Of a DNA stretch of 64,000 bases, positions 8,841 through 17,762 are shown piece after piece (within the stretch, counting starts at the first letter, position 1; the number at the start of each line of letters is the position of its first letter). Source of the DNA: an uncultured Methanosarcinales archaeon (GTDB lineage: Archaea > Nanobdellota > Nanobdellia > Woesearchaeales > BS150m-G63). The position numbers were made by a program, and so were the translations under genes. The notes under the pieces are model-generated. The model worked only from the letters and a program-made list of their open reading frames with translations. It was not told the origin of the DNA and searched no databases. The stretch is from positions 32,110 to 96,109 of the forward strand of contig CAZVVW010000003.1 of NCBI GenBank assembly GCA_964630685.1. Reading direction: 5' to 3'.

Positions 8841-9473
8841 TTATTTTACCACCTTGAATAATGTATCATAGAAATTATCTATATTGTTTCCTTTTTTTGC
8901 GGAAATTCCAATAACTTCATATTGTGGAAACGCTGATTTTACTTTTTTTAATTTAGAACGTTTCAAGTCTACTTTATTTCCTACAACTAAAACTGGAATG
9001 TCTCTGGCAACTAAATTGCCTATGATTGTAATGTTTACTTGAGAGTATGGATCTTTTGTTGAATCTAATACGACAACTACACTGTCAACTTCATCTAACC
9101 ATTTAATAGAATCAATAACTCCTTTTGTTGCTTCTTTTGCTCTTTTTTTTGCTTCTTTTTCTTTAACCCCTAATTTTAAGAAATCTTCATAATCAATTTT
9201 TGTTGCGATTCCTGGTGTGTCTACGAGATTAAATGATATTTCTTTGTTTCCTGATTTAATATTTACTTGTTCTTTTATTTGTATCTCCCTAGTTTCGTGA
9301 GGTATATTAGAAGCAACTCCCATGTCTTCGCCTAACCAATCTTGGCAAATTCTATTAGCTAAAGTGGTTTTTCCTGCGTTAGGAGGGCCATATAGACCGA
9401 GTTTTATATGTTTTTTCTTCTTAAAAATATTATTAATGAACTTATTCAAAAACATCTGTAAAGCATTTAACAT
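8841..9473 (-). CDS. oapA: Small Era-like GTPase OapA/ArvA
   Basis: GPPNAGKTT, PHETR, DTPG, NKVD, SAK motifs. ATG 9473 has GGTGG upstream; the ORF track starts at 9491. Confidence 0.88.
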   Translation of the reverse strand: MLNALQMFLNKFINNIFKKKKHIKLGLYGPPNAGKTTLANRICQDWLGEDMGVASNIPHETREIQIKEQVNIKSGNKEISFNLVDTPGIATKIDYEDFLKLGVKEKEAKKRAKEATKGVIDSIKWLDEVDSVVVVLDSTKDPYSQVNITIIGNLVARDIPVLVVGNKVDLKRSKLKKVKSAFPQYEVIGISAKKGNNIDNFYDTLFKVVK

Positions 9474-9618
9474 ATTAATTCCACCACACAATATTTGTAT
9501 TGAAAATAAATAAGTTTTTGTTTATATAGTTTTCTATAAATCAATACTTATATTGAATTATGTTGGGTGGGTGGTTGGAGAATAGTGATTAACAGAAAAA
9601 CTTAAATAATCTGTATCC

Positions 9619-10197
9619 TTGATTGAAAGTATGGAAAGTCTTTCTAAAGATTTGAATGTAAGTGTCATTCAAAAAATAAAAAAAGGTGTTCTTGAAAGTA
9701 ATTTAGATTATCTTAAAAAAATAACTCAAGAGGCTCTTAATAATGCAAGTATATTCCAGGATGAAACTTCAATTTCCATTGCAATAATAAGTTATGCTAT
9801 CTATAAATTAACTGAAAGAAAACGTTTTGTAGAAATAAAGATACCCATTAGCATTTATAGGGACATCATTAAAAGTTTGGAGAATGTTTCTTTTTCTATT
9901 CTTAAAAATAATCAAAAGAAATTAAAACAAAATATTGGGAAGCTATTTGAAAGCATCGATAAACTGGATGGTAGATTGCCTGTTTATATTGGGGAAATTT
10001 TGGAAAAAGCAAAAGTAAAAAAAGCGTATATGATACATGAAAAAGGGATTTCTTTGGCTAGGGCTGCAGAATTAATGGGTACTTCTCAATGGGAATTAAT
10101 GCATTATATTGGAAAAACCCAAATTAGTGAACATATATCTAAAAAAATAGATGTAAAAACTAGATTAAATTTTACTAGGGGGCTTTTTAGATTATAA
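9619..10197 (+). CDS. Helical protein with C-terminal UPF0175-like HTH (putative antitoxin)
   Basis: C-terminal ISLARAAELMGTSQWELM resembles UPF0175; stop lies 1 bp before the PIN gene. Confidence 0.65.
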   Translation: MIESMESLSKDLNVSVIQKIKKGVLESNLDYLKKITQEALNNASIFQDETSISIAIISYAIYKLTERKRFVEIKIPISIYRDIIKSLENVSFSILKNNQKKLKQNIGKLFESIDKLDGRLPVYIGEILEKAKVKKAYMIHEKGISLARAAELMGTSQWELMHYIGKTQISEHISKKIDVKTRLNFTRGLFRL

Positions 10198-10198
10198 A

Positions 10199-10894
10199 AT
10201 GAAGACTTTATTATTTGATACTGGACCTATAATTAGTATGACTATGAATCATATTTTGTGGTCTTTAAAATTTCTTAAAAAACAATTTGATGGAAAATTC
10301 TTTATAACTGAAGCTGTGAAAAAAGAATTGGTAGATAAACCTCTTAAAACTAAAAAATTTAAACTAGAGGCACTTCAAACACTTCATAGAATAAATTCTG
10401 GAGTACTCGAAATTAAAACTGCTCCTGGAATCGATGAAAAAACAGATTATTTGCTAAATCTTGCTAATCATTGTTTTAGTTATGATTCTCATTATCTAAA
10501 AATTGTTCAGTATGCTGAAATAGAAACTCTTGCATTAGCACTTATAACCAATGCGGATGCTATTGTTATTGACGAAAAAACTACAAGACTTTTAGTGGAA
10601 GACCCAAAAAAATTAGAAAAAATTCTTTCTTATAAAGTGCATAGAAAAGTTTCTATGGATAAAGAAAATGTAAAAAAATTTACTCGAGCTGTGGAGGGTG
10701 TAAATTTAATAAGATCTGCAGAATTGGTTTCTATAGCTTTTGAATTAGGATTATTAGATAGATATATTTCTAATAGGCCAAATGCAAAAAAAGAATTGCT
10801 TGATGCATTACTTTGGGGCATTAAATTAGAAGGTTGTGCTATATCTGAAAAAGAAATTAGGATAATTAATAAATTGGAACTTAAAAAATTCTAA
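10199..10894 (+). CDS. PIN-domain protein (DUF3368/VapC-like)
   Basis: LLFDTGPII, AEIETLALA and IVIDEKTTR carry the acidic PIN residues. Confidence 0.8.
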   Translation: MKTLLFDTGPIISMTMNHILWSLKFLKKQFDGKFFITEAVKKELVDKPLKTKKFKLEALQTLHRINSGVLEIKTAPGIDEKTDYLLNLANHCFSYDSHYLKIVQYAEIETLALALITNADAIVIDEKTTRLLVEDPKKLEKILSYKVHRKVSMDKENVKKFTRAVEGVNLIRSAELVSIAFELGLLDRYISNRPNAKKELLDALLWGIKLEGCAISEKEIRIINKLELKKF

Positions 10895-10930
10895 TGTTTT
10901 TTGATAAATAGACGACAAAATCCAGTTTTT

Positions 10931-10949
10931 AGACGAAAAGTTTATATAT
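10931..10949 (+). promoter_or_regulatory. BRE-TATA promoter of the small repeat protein gene
   Basis: agacgaaaagtttatatat ~50 bp before the ATG; a near-identical motif occurs at 12904. Confidence 0.65.
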
Positions 10950-11000
10950 TTAAACCCTTTTTTCTCCTCTATAACTTAAAATATTGGGGGGTAAGTTAAA

Positions 11001-11234
11001 ATGGCTGAAAAAGTAGAAAAAGCAGGAGTTAAAAAAGAAGGTGGATATCTATATTTCGTTGACAAAGCAGGAGACATCTCAAGAGCTAAAATGGCTCGAG
11101 GCGGAAGAAAAAAGGGATCTACTGGTGTTGAAAAAGTAGCAAAAGTAGGTGCTAAAAAAGAATCTGGATATCTATATTTCGTTGACAAAGCAGGAGACAT
11201 CTCAAGAGCTAAAATGGCTCGAGGAAGGAAGTGA
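11001..11234 (+). CDS. Small basic two-repeat protein (candidate nucleic-acid-binding protein)
   Basis: 77 aa, Lys/Gly-rich, two copies of EKVxKxGxKKExGYLYFVDKAGDISRAKMARG; GGGGTA SD-like motif upstream. Confidence 0.88.
   Translation: MAEKVEKAGVKKEGGYLYFVDKAGDISRAKMARGGRKKGSTGVEKVAKVGAKKESGYLYFVDKAGDISRAKMARGRK
11042..11224 (+). repeat. Intragenic 60-bp perfect direct repeat, period 123 bp
   Basis: 11042-11101 is identical to 11165-11224. Confidence 0.95.
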
Positions 11235-11278
11235 TTACTTTCTTTTTTATTTTTTTCTTTTTTGTTTTATTTTTTTTG
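11235..11278 (+). terminator. Oligo(T) archaeal terminator
   Basis: Long run of T tracts directly after the stop codon. Confidence 0.6.
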
Positions 11279-11338
11279 GATATATAAATTCTTAAATAAT
11301 CTGATTAATTTCTTAATAAAAGGGTGTGTGGGGAAATA

Positions 11339-12544
11339 ATGAAATTTGCACATTTGGCAGATTGCCATATAGGAGCTTGGAAAGATCCAAAACTAAGAAA
11401 TGCTAATAGTAGAGCATTTACTAAGGCAATAGAGCTATGCATAGATAAAAAAGTAGATTTTATACTTATTAGTGGAGATTTGTTTAACACTTCTCTTCCA
11501 AGTTTGGATTTATTGAAGTTGGTAGTTATCAAACTTAAAGGGTTGAGAGATTTAAACATTCCTGTGTATGTTGTTCCGGGAAGTCATGATTTTTCTCCAA
11601 GTGGGAAAACTATTTTGGATGTTCTTGAAAAGGCAGATTTATTGATTAATGTGTTTAAAGGAAAAGTTGTTAAAAAAAGATTGGTGTTAGAATTTACGAC
11701 AGATAAAAAAACAGGCGCAAAAATAACAGGGATTATGGGTCGAAAAGGAATGTTAGAAAAACATATTTACCAAACTCTTGATAAAAAAATCCTTGAAGAA
11801 GAAAAAGGGTATAAGATTTTTATGTTTCATACTGCATTAACAGAATATAAACCTAAAGAGTTGAAACTGATGGAATCTGCCCCTGCCTCATTTTTGCCTA
11901 AAAATTTTGATTATTATGCTGGAGGGCATGTACATTATGTTTTTGAAAAAAAAGAAGGGAAGAGTGTTTTAGTTTATCCAGGACCTTTGTTCCCTAATAA
12001 TTTTAGAGAAATAGAACATTTAGGGGTTGGAAGTCTTTATATTGTAACTGATGGTAAACCAGAGTTTTATCCTATCCAAGTTTATCCTCCTCTTAGTTTG
12101 CACGTAAATGGGGAAGACAAAATTCCTGAACAAATTGAGGAAGAAATTAAAGAGATTATAAAAAATAAAGAATTTAATAACACTATTGTTACAATTAGGG
12201 TTAGTGGAAAATTAAAATCAGGAAAACCAAGTGACATTAATTTTAAATCTATATTTGCTGAGCTTTATCTTAAATCTGCTTATTTTGTAATGAAATCTAC
12301 TTCTATGTTGAGTTCAAAAGAATTTGAAGGTATTGTGATTGACGAATGTTCTACGGGGGATATTGAAGAGAATTTAATAAATAAGAGTTTAGAACAAAAT
12401 GGAGAAGTTTCAAAAAATGATTTAATCAAATCATTAATAATTTTATTAAATAGAGAAAAAGGGGAAGGGGAAACTGTAAATGATTTTGAGCGTCGCGTAA
12501 AAGAAGATTCCCTTAAGGTGTTAGGTGTGGACAAGTTATTCTAA
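11339..12544 (+). CDS. mre11: Mre11/SbcD-like DNA repair nuclease
   Basis: HLADCH, SGDLF, PGSHD, MFHT, GHVH and YPG phosphoesterase motifs plus capping domain. Confidence 0.88.
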   Translation: MKFAHLADCHIGAWKDPKLRNANSRAFTKAIELCIDKKVDFILISGDLFNTSLPSLDLLKLVVIKLKGLRDLNIPVYVVPGSHDFSPSGKTILDVLEKADLLINVFKGKVVKKRLVLEFTTDKKTGAKITGIMGRKGMLEKHIYQTLDKKILEEEKGYKIFMFHTALTEYKPKELKLMESAPASFLPKNFDYYAGGHVHYVFEKKEGKSVLVYPGPLFPNNFREIEHLGVGSLYIVTDGKPEFYPIQVYPPLSLHVNGEDKIPEQIEEEIKEIIKNKEFNNTIVTIRVSGKLKSGKPSDINFKSIFAELYLKSAYFVMKSTSMLSSKEFEGIVIDECSTGDIEENLINKSLEQNGEVSKNDLIKSLIILLNREKGEGETVNDFERRVKEDSLKVLGVDKLF

Positions 12545-12578
12545 GAACATTTAAATAGTACCTTAAATCTGTTATTTT

Positions 12579-12812
12579 ATGGTAAAAGAATCAAAAGATG
12601 AACAAATTGGTTTTCATAAAGGTTCGCTTTCAACATTGGCTAAAGAAAGACAAGAACTGCAAAGAATTCTTCAAATAGTTGAACAATTAATGCAGATACA
12701 TGTGTCTTCTTTAAAGGATTTGGGGGTAGATCTTTCTGAAGAAATAGAGCAAACAGCAGGGGAAACTGGTGACAAAAAAGCACCAAAAAAGCCAATAGAA
12801 GATTTACTTTGA
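12579..12812 (+). CDS. Small uncharacterised coiled-coil protein
   Basis: 77 aa with helical QIGFHKGSLSTLAKERQEL..LMQIH..L..LGV; coding-like composition. Confidence 0.75.
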   Translation: MVKESKDEQIGFHKGSLSTLAKERQELQRILQIVEQLMQIHVSSLKDLGVDLSEEIEQTAGETGDKKAPKKPIEDLL

Positions 12813-12903
12813 TTGGTTTTTGGGATTTCTTAATTAGTTTTGTTTGTTTAGGTAGTTTAATTTTTAATGTAAATTAGTAAAATCTTTACTAAATAGTGGT
12901 TAC

Positions 12904-12922
12904 AGACGAAAACTTTAAATAT
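12904..12922 (+). promoter_or_regulatory. BRE-TATA promoter upstream of the HD/synthetase/methyltransferase cassette
   Basis: agacgaaaactttaaatat ~40 bp before ATG 12965; matches the motif at 10931. Confidence 0.65.
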
Positions 12923-12964
12923 ATTCGACTCTAATTTAGAGATATAACTAGAATATATTAGAAA

Positions 12965-14251
12965 ATGAAGAATCTGCTTGAAAAATTTGATGATTTAAAA
13001 GAAACCCGTTCTGATGAAGTGTTAGAAGAAAAACTAAACAAACACCCTTATGACACACTATTAAATTTAGTAGAATATGGGCGATTGCTTAATGAATCTG
13101 ATAATATAAAAAATGAGCTTGTTTATGCTATTCTAGATATTAATCCTGCAAAGTTTGTGAAGCAAGATGGGACCAAACTCCTTGGAGATTATATAAATAA
13201 GATAGTAAAGGTGGAGGGTATTAATGTGAGAACTATTGATGCTTTTAATAATTTATTTCATAGAAATATACAAAAAAGATTTTCTGATGAAACTTTGAGA
13301 ACAATTCATCTTCAAACTTATCTTAGGGGTATGGGGAAGGAATTGGTGGAAAAGGTTTTTGGAAAAGGAACTTACTCTTTTTTTGATTTTGCTTATAAAA
13401 CTCATCTTAAAACAAAAGAAATGAGAGCATTAAAAAACACTTATTTTGCGCACCCAGTAAGGATTGCGCACCAATTAAAATCTTATAATCTCCCTAAAGA
13501 GTATATTTTAGTTGCATTATTACATGATGTTATAGAATCTATGCAGAAACAAAGAAAAAAAGATAAGGGTACATTATCAGACAAAATGAAAAAAGATAAA
13601 GGTGTGACTAATCAAGAAAAAATAAAATTGTATGATGATATGGCTGAAATTAATTATAAATTAAAAAATCCACCCGAATATAAACAGATTGAAAGAAAAT
13701 CTTATCATGGACAAAATGTTGGGAAAAGAATCATTGAGCCATTGAAAGCTGTCAGTAATGATTCAAAAATTGATTATGAAGATTATATTATAAAGCTATA
13801 CTTTAAATCTGAGAATTGCAAACATGGGGATAATGAAGGGATATGTGATATTGCACCCATTGTTAAACTGCAAGATGCAATTGATAATACAGAATCTTTA
13901 TATGGTATTGGTGGAAAGGCTCAATTAGAAAGGCTTGGCAGGAATGTAATTTTAAGTAATCACACTTATTCTTTTTTACAAAGAAATCAGATATCTAAAA
14001 AAGATAATTTTTTAATGTGGAATAGGATTGAAAAATTAATATATCTTTCAGCAACTAAAACAGAAGAGTATGAATCAATTTATTTGTTAAAATCTAAAAC
14101 TGTCAAAGATAAGATATTAATTAAAAATCATTATGATTCAAATCTTATTTATGCGTCAAACCGTTTTTCAGAAATTAGTTTAGGGGTAAAATCTATTGCC
14201 GAAAAAGTGCTTCCAAGAGAAATATTGAGAAACCTTTATGGTGGGAGATGA
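12965..14251 (+). CDS. RelA/SpoT-type HD-domain (alarmone hydrolase-like) protein
   Basis: R..KNTYFAHPVRIA, VALLHDVIES and IVKLQDAIDN match the RSH/Mesh1 HD signature (PY..HP..VA; ALLHD..ED; KLAD..DN). Confidence 0.75.
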   Translation: MKNLLEKFDDLKETRSDEVLEEKLNKHPYDTLLNLVEYGRLLNESDNIKNELVYAILDINPAKFVKQDGTKLLGDYINKIVKVEGINVRTIDAFNNLFHRNIQKRFSDETLRTIHLQTYLRGMGKELVEKVFGKGTYSFFDFAYKTHLKTKEMRALKNTYFAHPVRIAHQLKSYNLPKEYILVALLHDVIESMQKQRKKDKGTLSDKMKKDKGVTNQEKIKLYDDMAEINYKLKNPPEYKQIERKSYHGQNVGKRIIEPLKAVSNDSKIDYEDYIIKLYFKSENCKHGDNEGICDIAPIVKLQDAIDNTESLYGIGGKAQLERLGRNVILSNHTYSFLQRNQISKKDNFLMWNRIEKLIYLSATKTEEYESIYLLKSKTVKDKILIKNHYDSNLIYASNRFSEISLGVKSIAEKVLPREILRNLYGGR

Positions 14252-14258
14252 ATAACAA

Positions 14259-15245
14259 ATGTTAGAGAAAAAAATCAGTGAACTTTTAGTATATGTGGCA
14301 GATCCATTTAATGAACATAATTTGGATTCTCAAGATTATAGGATCATTAGAAAACAATTGAAAAATAGTTTTGAAATAGGTTACTCTTTATTGGATGAAT
14401 TGCGTTTAGATTGCGTGAATAATAATGGCCACATATCTAATTTTGAGCAATATCAAATAAATAATCCTTATGAATTACTAAAGATGATGATGATGAAAAG
14501 GCCGACCAGATTGAGACAAAAAATACAAAAATATTATCGTCTGTATCACAAGGTGGGGAATAATAATAAAAAAAGGGTTCCTTTGTCTAAATTAAGTGAA
14601 GATGAACTTAAGGTAATTGACCTTTCGAGATATACTCATCGGTGGAGGCAAGAAGTTGAAAAAAGACATAGGCCTGTTTATTCTAGTTTTGATGTTCTTA
14701 AAAAAAGAAAATTGGCTAAAGCAGAAGCGTATGTTCAAAAAAATAAGAATTTATGTAATCGCCCCCATGCAATATTTCAAAGGCAGAAACGTAGAAAAAG
14801 AATCATTGAGAAATTGGTTAAAAAAATAATAGATGAAAAAGATAGAGTTAGTAAAAAAGACGAATTTGATCCGGCTAACTGTTATGTTGAAGATTTTTTT
14901 GGGTTGAAAGTGTGTTGTACAGATTGGAATCCTAATAGTATTAATAGTCTATTGTATGGTTCAAAAACTAATAAATGGATTGTAGATAGTTTTGTTGATC
15001 ACAGGAAAGATGTTGATAAAAATATTAACCACATCAAATATTATTTACATAAAAGAGGAGAACCGGGAGTTCCTTTAGAACTGCAGTTTACAACCATCAA
15101 TGATTTTCTTTTAGATGAGTTTTTTAGTGCAGAAAATCATGTACATTATACGGGAAAAAGGAGAACAGAGATGAAAAAATACAAAAAAATGAAGGAATAT
15201 AAAGTGATGGAAGGGAGGTTGCAAAAAGCTCTTTCTTTTTTGTAG
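14259..15245 (+). CDS. Divergent RelA/SpoT synthetase-domain (SAS-like) nucleotidyltransferase
   Basis: RQKRRKRIIEK, EDFFGLKV, NHIKY, LELQFTT and AENHVHY in the order of the RSH SYNTH motifs (RxK..S..K; D..G.R; Y.S.H; E.Q.RT; H..Y). Confidence 0.7.
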   Translation: MLEKKISELLVYVADPFNEHNLDSQDYRIIRKQLKNSFEIGYSLLDELRLDCVNNNGHISNFEQYQINNPYELLKMMMMKRPTRLRQKIQKYYRLYHKVGNNNKKRVPLSKLSEDELKVIDLSRYTHRWRQEVEKRHRPVYSSFDVLKKRKLAKAEAYVQKNKNLCNRPHAIFQRQKRRKRIIEKLVKKIIDEKDRVSKKDEFDPANCYVEDFFGLKVCCTDWNPNSINSLLYGSKTNKWIVDSFVDHRKDVDKNINHIKYYLHKRGEPGVPLELQFTTINDFLLDEFFSAENHVHYTGKRRTEMKKYKKMKEYKVMEGRLQKALSFL

Positions 15246-15251
15246 GTTAAT

Positions 15252-15878
15252 ATGGATAAGGAATTATTTTTTAAACAAGTTAAAGAATTCGATAAAATGG
15301 CAGCTAAACTAACCCTTGCTGCTGCTCGGAATAATTTTTTTGTGCTTAATTCTAATAATTCTTCGATTGGTGTTAGGTGGTTAAATGAAAAAATACTTTT
15401 TGATGCTATTGAAAAAGCAGGGAAGGGTTTGGATAAGCCCACTTTTGTGGATCCTTGTTGTGGCTATGGGGTTTCGTTGGTTTTTGGAGCTAAATTAGGT
15501 TATGAAGTTTATGGTTCTGACATTGAAAATATGATGGTGAAGGTAGCTGATAAAATGACTTCTAATTTAGAAAAATATGGGATTATCCCTGAGGGAAATA
15601 TCAAAAAAATAACTGTTGGCGATATGTTGGATTTGAAAAATTATATTTCTTTAGGGGTGGGTTTTTCAGAAGTTGATATTTTTTATGATTATACATTTAG
15701 GGGTATGCAAGAAAAGTTTTTTCATTTATTTTCTGATTCTGCTAAAAAAGGAGCCAAATTAGTTCATGTTCCAGGATATAAGAAAATGAAAAGGGATTCT
15801 TTATTGGATCTTATGGGTAATATAGAACTAAATTATGAACATCCTGATAATATTTATCAGATTTATACTAAAAAATAA
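15252..15878 (+). CDS. Class I SAM-dependent methyltransferase
   Basis: FVDPCCGYG motif I, GSDIE motif II, VGDM, DIFYDY post-motif. Confidence 0.85.
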   Translation: MDKELFFKQVKEFDKMAAKLTLAAARNNFFVLNSNNSSIGVRWLNEKILFDAIEKAGKGLDKPTFVDPCCGYGVSLVFGAKLGYEVYGSDIENMMVKVADKMTSNLEKYGIIPEGNIKKITVGDMLDLKNYISLGVGFSEVDIFYDYTFRGMQEKFFHLFSDSAKKGAKLVHVPGYKKMKRDSLLDLMGNIELNYEHPDNIYQIYTKK

Positions 15879-15879
15879 T

Positions 15880-16338
15880 TTAATTAGAAACAACCCGCAA
15901 TCTTCTTTCTTTTGGAACATAATTAAGTATTACTCCTTGTTTATATCTTCCACATCCCAAAATATCTTTTTTGTGTTTTAATATTACAAAACCTAGAGAT
16001 TTGAATTCTTTAGTTATATCTTGTCCAGTTAACCATTCTTCAGCTTCTTTATCATTTAATTCTATAACATTTTTAGTTGCTTTTTTTCCAATCATTTGAC
16101 TGCCTTCAATAGATAATCTAACTTCCTCTCGTTTATATTCTCCAAAATATAATCCAATAGAATCTATTCTCAATTTTTCTAAGTTAATTTTTGCTAAATC
16201 TTTATTAATTATGTAAAGTCTATTTCTTTGATTCATTAAGAAAACATAATCTAATTTTTCTTTAAATCCAAATTGGGCTTCTAAAATTTGTAGAATCTTT
16301 TTTATTTCTTTATTGTTTAATATTTTAAGATTATGCAT
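15880..16338 (-). CDS. NIP7/PUA-like ribosome-biogenesis protein
   Basis: IDSIGLYFG, RLSIEGSQMIG and ILGCG..K...ILNYVPKERR are typical of archaeal NIP7/RsmF-C-terminal homologs. Confidence 0.75.
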   Translation of the reverse strand: MHNLKILNNKEIKKILQILEAQFGFKEKLDYVFLMNQRNRLYIINKDLAKINLEKLRIDSIGLYFGEYKREEVRLSIEGSQMIGKKATKNVIELNDKEAEEWLTGQDITKEFKSLGFVILKHKKDILGCGRYKQGVILNYVPKERRLRVVSN

Positions 16339-16368
16339 TTTGTTTTTTTTTTGAGAAAAAATTGGAAT

Positions 16369-17673
16369 CTATATCAAAAATATATTTTCGCTTCTTTCTG
16401 AAATTTCTCCCCTTATATTTTTGGAGTATAATTCTTTGACTTCTTTTTTAGTGTAGTTGCTTAAGAGCCATGCTAATTTTATGTATGATGTTTCTGGTGT
16501 TGTATCGCAGTAGTTTCCTAACACCCCTGCGTTGGTTAGTATCCTTCCAGGAGTGTATACATTCATATCTATTCTACCATAAATTGTCTGAGAAGTCATT
16601 ACTGTGACTGTTTTTTTACATAACTCTTTTATTGTGTTTAGTATTTTTTTGTTTTCTTTTGTGAATTTATCTGAATCTATGACTGGGGTGTGGCCTAGGC
16701 CTGTTCCTTCTATAACTAATCCCTCAAAATCTTTGTAGGAATTAAATTCTTCAGCATACATTCCAGGTCTTGATTTAATCAATCCTATTTTGAGATTATT
16801 GAATAGTTTTAGTTTTAGTTTTAGTTTTAGTTTTAGTTTTGATTTTTGTTTTATGGTTTTTGGTTTATTGATTAATTCTATCTTTTTATTTTTATAATCT
16901 ACTCTTGCAATTGGATTTTTATTGATAGATCTAAAAGCATCTCTTCTTGAAGTGTGCATCTTTCTTGCATTTAGGCCATCTATGATTAGGCACTTATCAT
17001 CTTCTTGGTTCTCATGCATACAGACTGTTACTTTAGGGATTTGTGTGTTTGCTGCGAAAATACAGGCAGAGATTAAGTTTATTGCTGCGTCACTGCTTCC
17101 CCTGTCTGAACTTCTCTGTGCACCGACTAAGATTACTGGTATGTCAAGTGATTCTAAAATAAAAGATAGGGCTGCTGAAGTGTAGTGCATTGTGTCTGTG
17201 CCATGAGTTACTATTATTCCTTGAGTTCCTTTTTCTACTTCTTTTTTTATCTCTTTAGCTATAAGATTGTAATGTGCAAATCTCATATTTTCACTCATCA
17301 TGTTTCCGATTAATCTGCTCTTTATGTTTGCTATTTTTCCTAATTCTGGAAACATGGCAACCAATTCTTCTGGTTTGAATTGAGCTACAACTCCGCCTGT
17401 TTTGTAATCTACCTTAGAAGCTATTGTTCCGCCAGTGTGTAAAATTGTTATGTTTGGAAGTTTTTGATTCTTTTTTACTTTTGGTTTGTTTGTTTGTTTT
17501 GGTTTTATTGTTTTTAATGATTTTATAGAGATTATGTTTCTTTTTTTAATGCCTATGTTATATCCATTATCTAATTTAATAAAATAGAATTCTTTTTCTT
17601 TTGGCATAAGGATACCTTTGATTGTTTCATCCTTAAGTTTTAATTCGACTAAGTCACCTGCTTTAGCTTCCAT
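16369..17673 (-). CDS. gatD: Glu-tRNA(Gln) amidotransferase subunit D
   Basis: HTGGTIASKVDY, HGTDTM, GAQRSSDR and KMHTSRRDAF asparaginase-like motifs plus the GatD N-terminal domain. Confidence 0.96.
   Translation of the reverse strand: MEAKAGDLVELKLKDETIKGILMPKEKEFYFIKLDNGYNIGIKKRNIISIKSLKTIKPKQTNKPKVKKNQKLPNITILHTGGTIASKVDYKTGGVVAQFKPEELVAMFPELGKIANIKSRLIGNMMSENMRFAHYNLIAKEIKKEVEKGTQGIIVTHGTDTMHYTSAALSFILESLDIPVILVGAQRSSDRGSSDAAINLISACIFAANTQIPKVTVCMHENQEDDKCLIIDGLNARKMHTSRRDAFRSINKNPIARVDYKNKKIELINKPKTIKQKSKLKLKLKLKLKLFNNLKIGLIKSRPGMYAEEFNSYKDFEGLVIEGTGLGHTPVIDSDKFTKENKKILNTIKELCKKTVTVMTSQTIYGRIDMNVYTPGRILTNAGVLGNYCDTTPETSYIKLAWLLSNYTKKEVKELYSKNIRGEISERSENIFLI
16804..16839. repeat. In-frame hexamer microsatellite (TAGTTT)x6 encoding a poly-(KL) run in gatD
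   Basis: Six perfect copies; protein reads KSKLKLKLKLKLKLF. Confidence 0.95.
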
Positions 17674-17762
17674 TAATTAAATAGATAATTAACTACTTTA
17701 AATAATTTACTAGAAAGTATTTAGTTAATACGCCTTATCAATTACAATTAATGGGAAAAGAT

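Noticed and set aside
9474-9618. Origin upstream of oapA by analogy with haloarchaea
   Set aside because: No ORB-like repeats recognisable in this short gap.
10976-11200. 74-aa antisense ORF with internal repeat
   Set aside because: Mirror of the repeat gene; promoter, SD and terminator all support the + strand.
11339-12544. Mre11 without adjacent Rad50/HerA/NurA as a novel system
   Set aside because: Partners may lie elsewhere in the genome; absence from one window is not informative.
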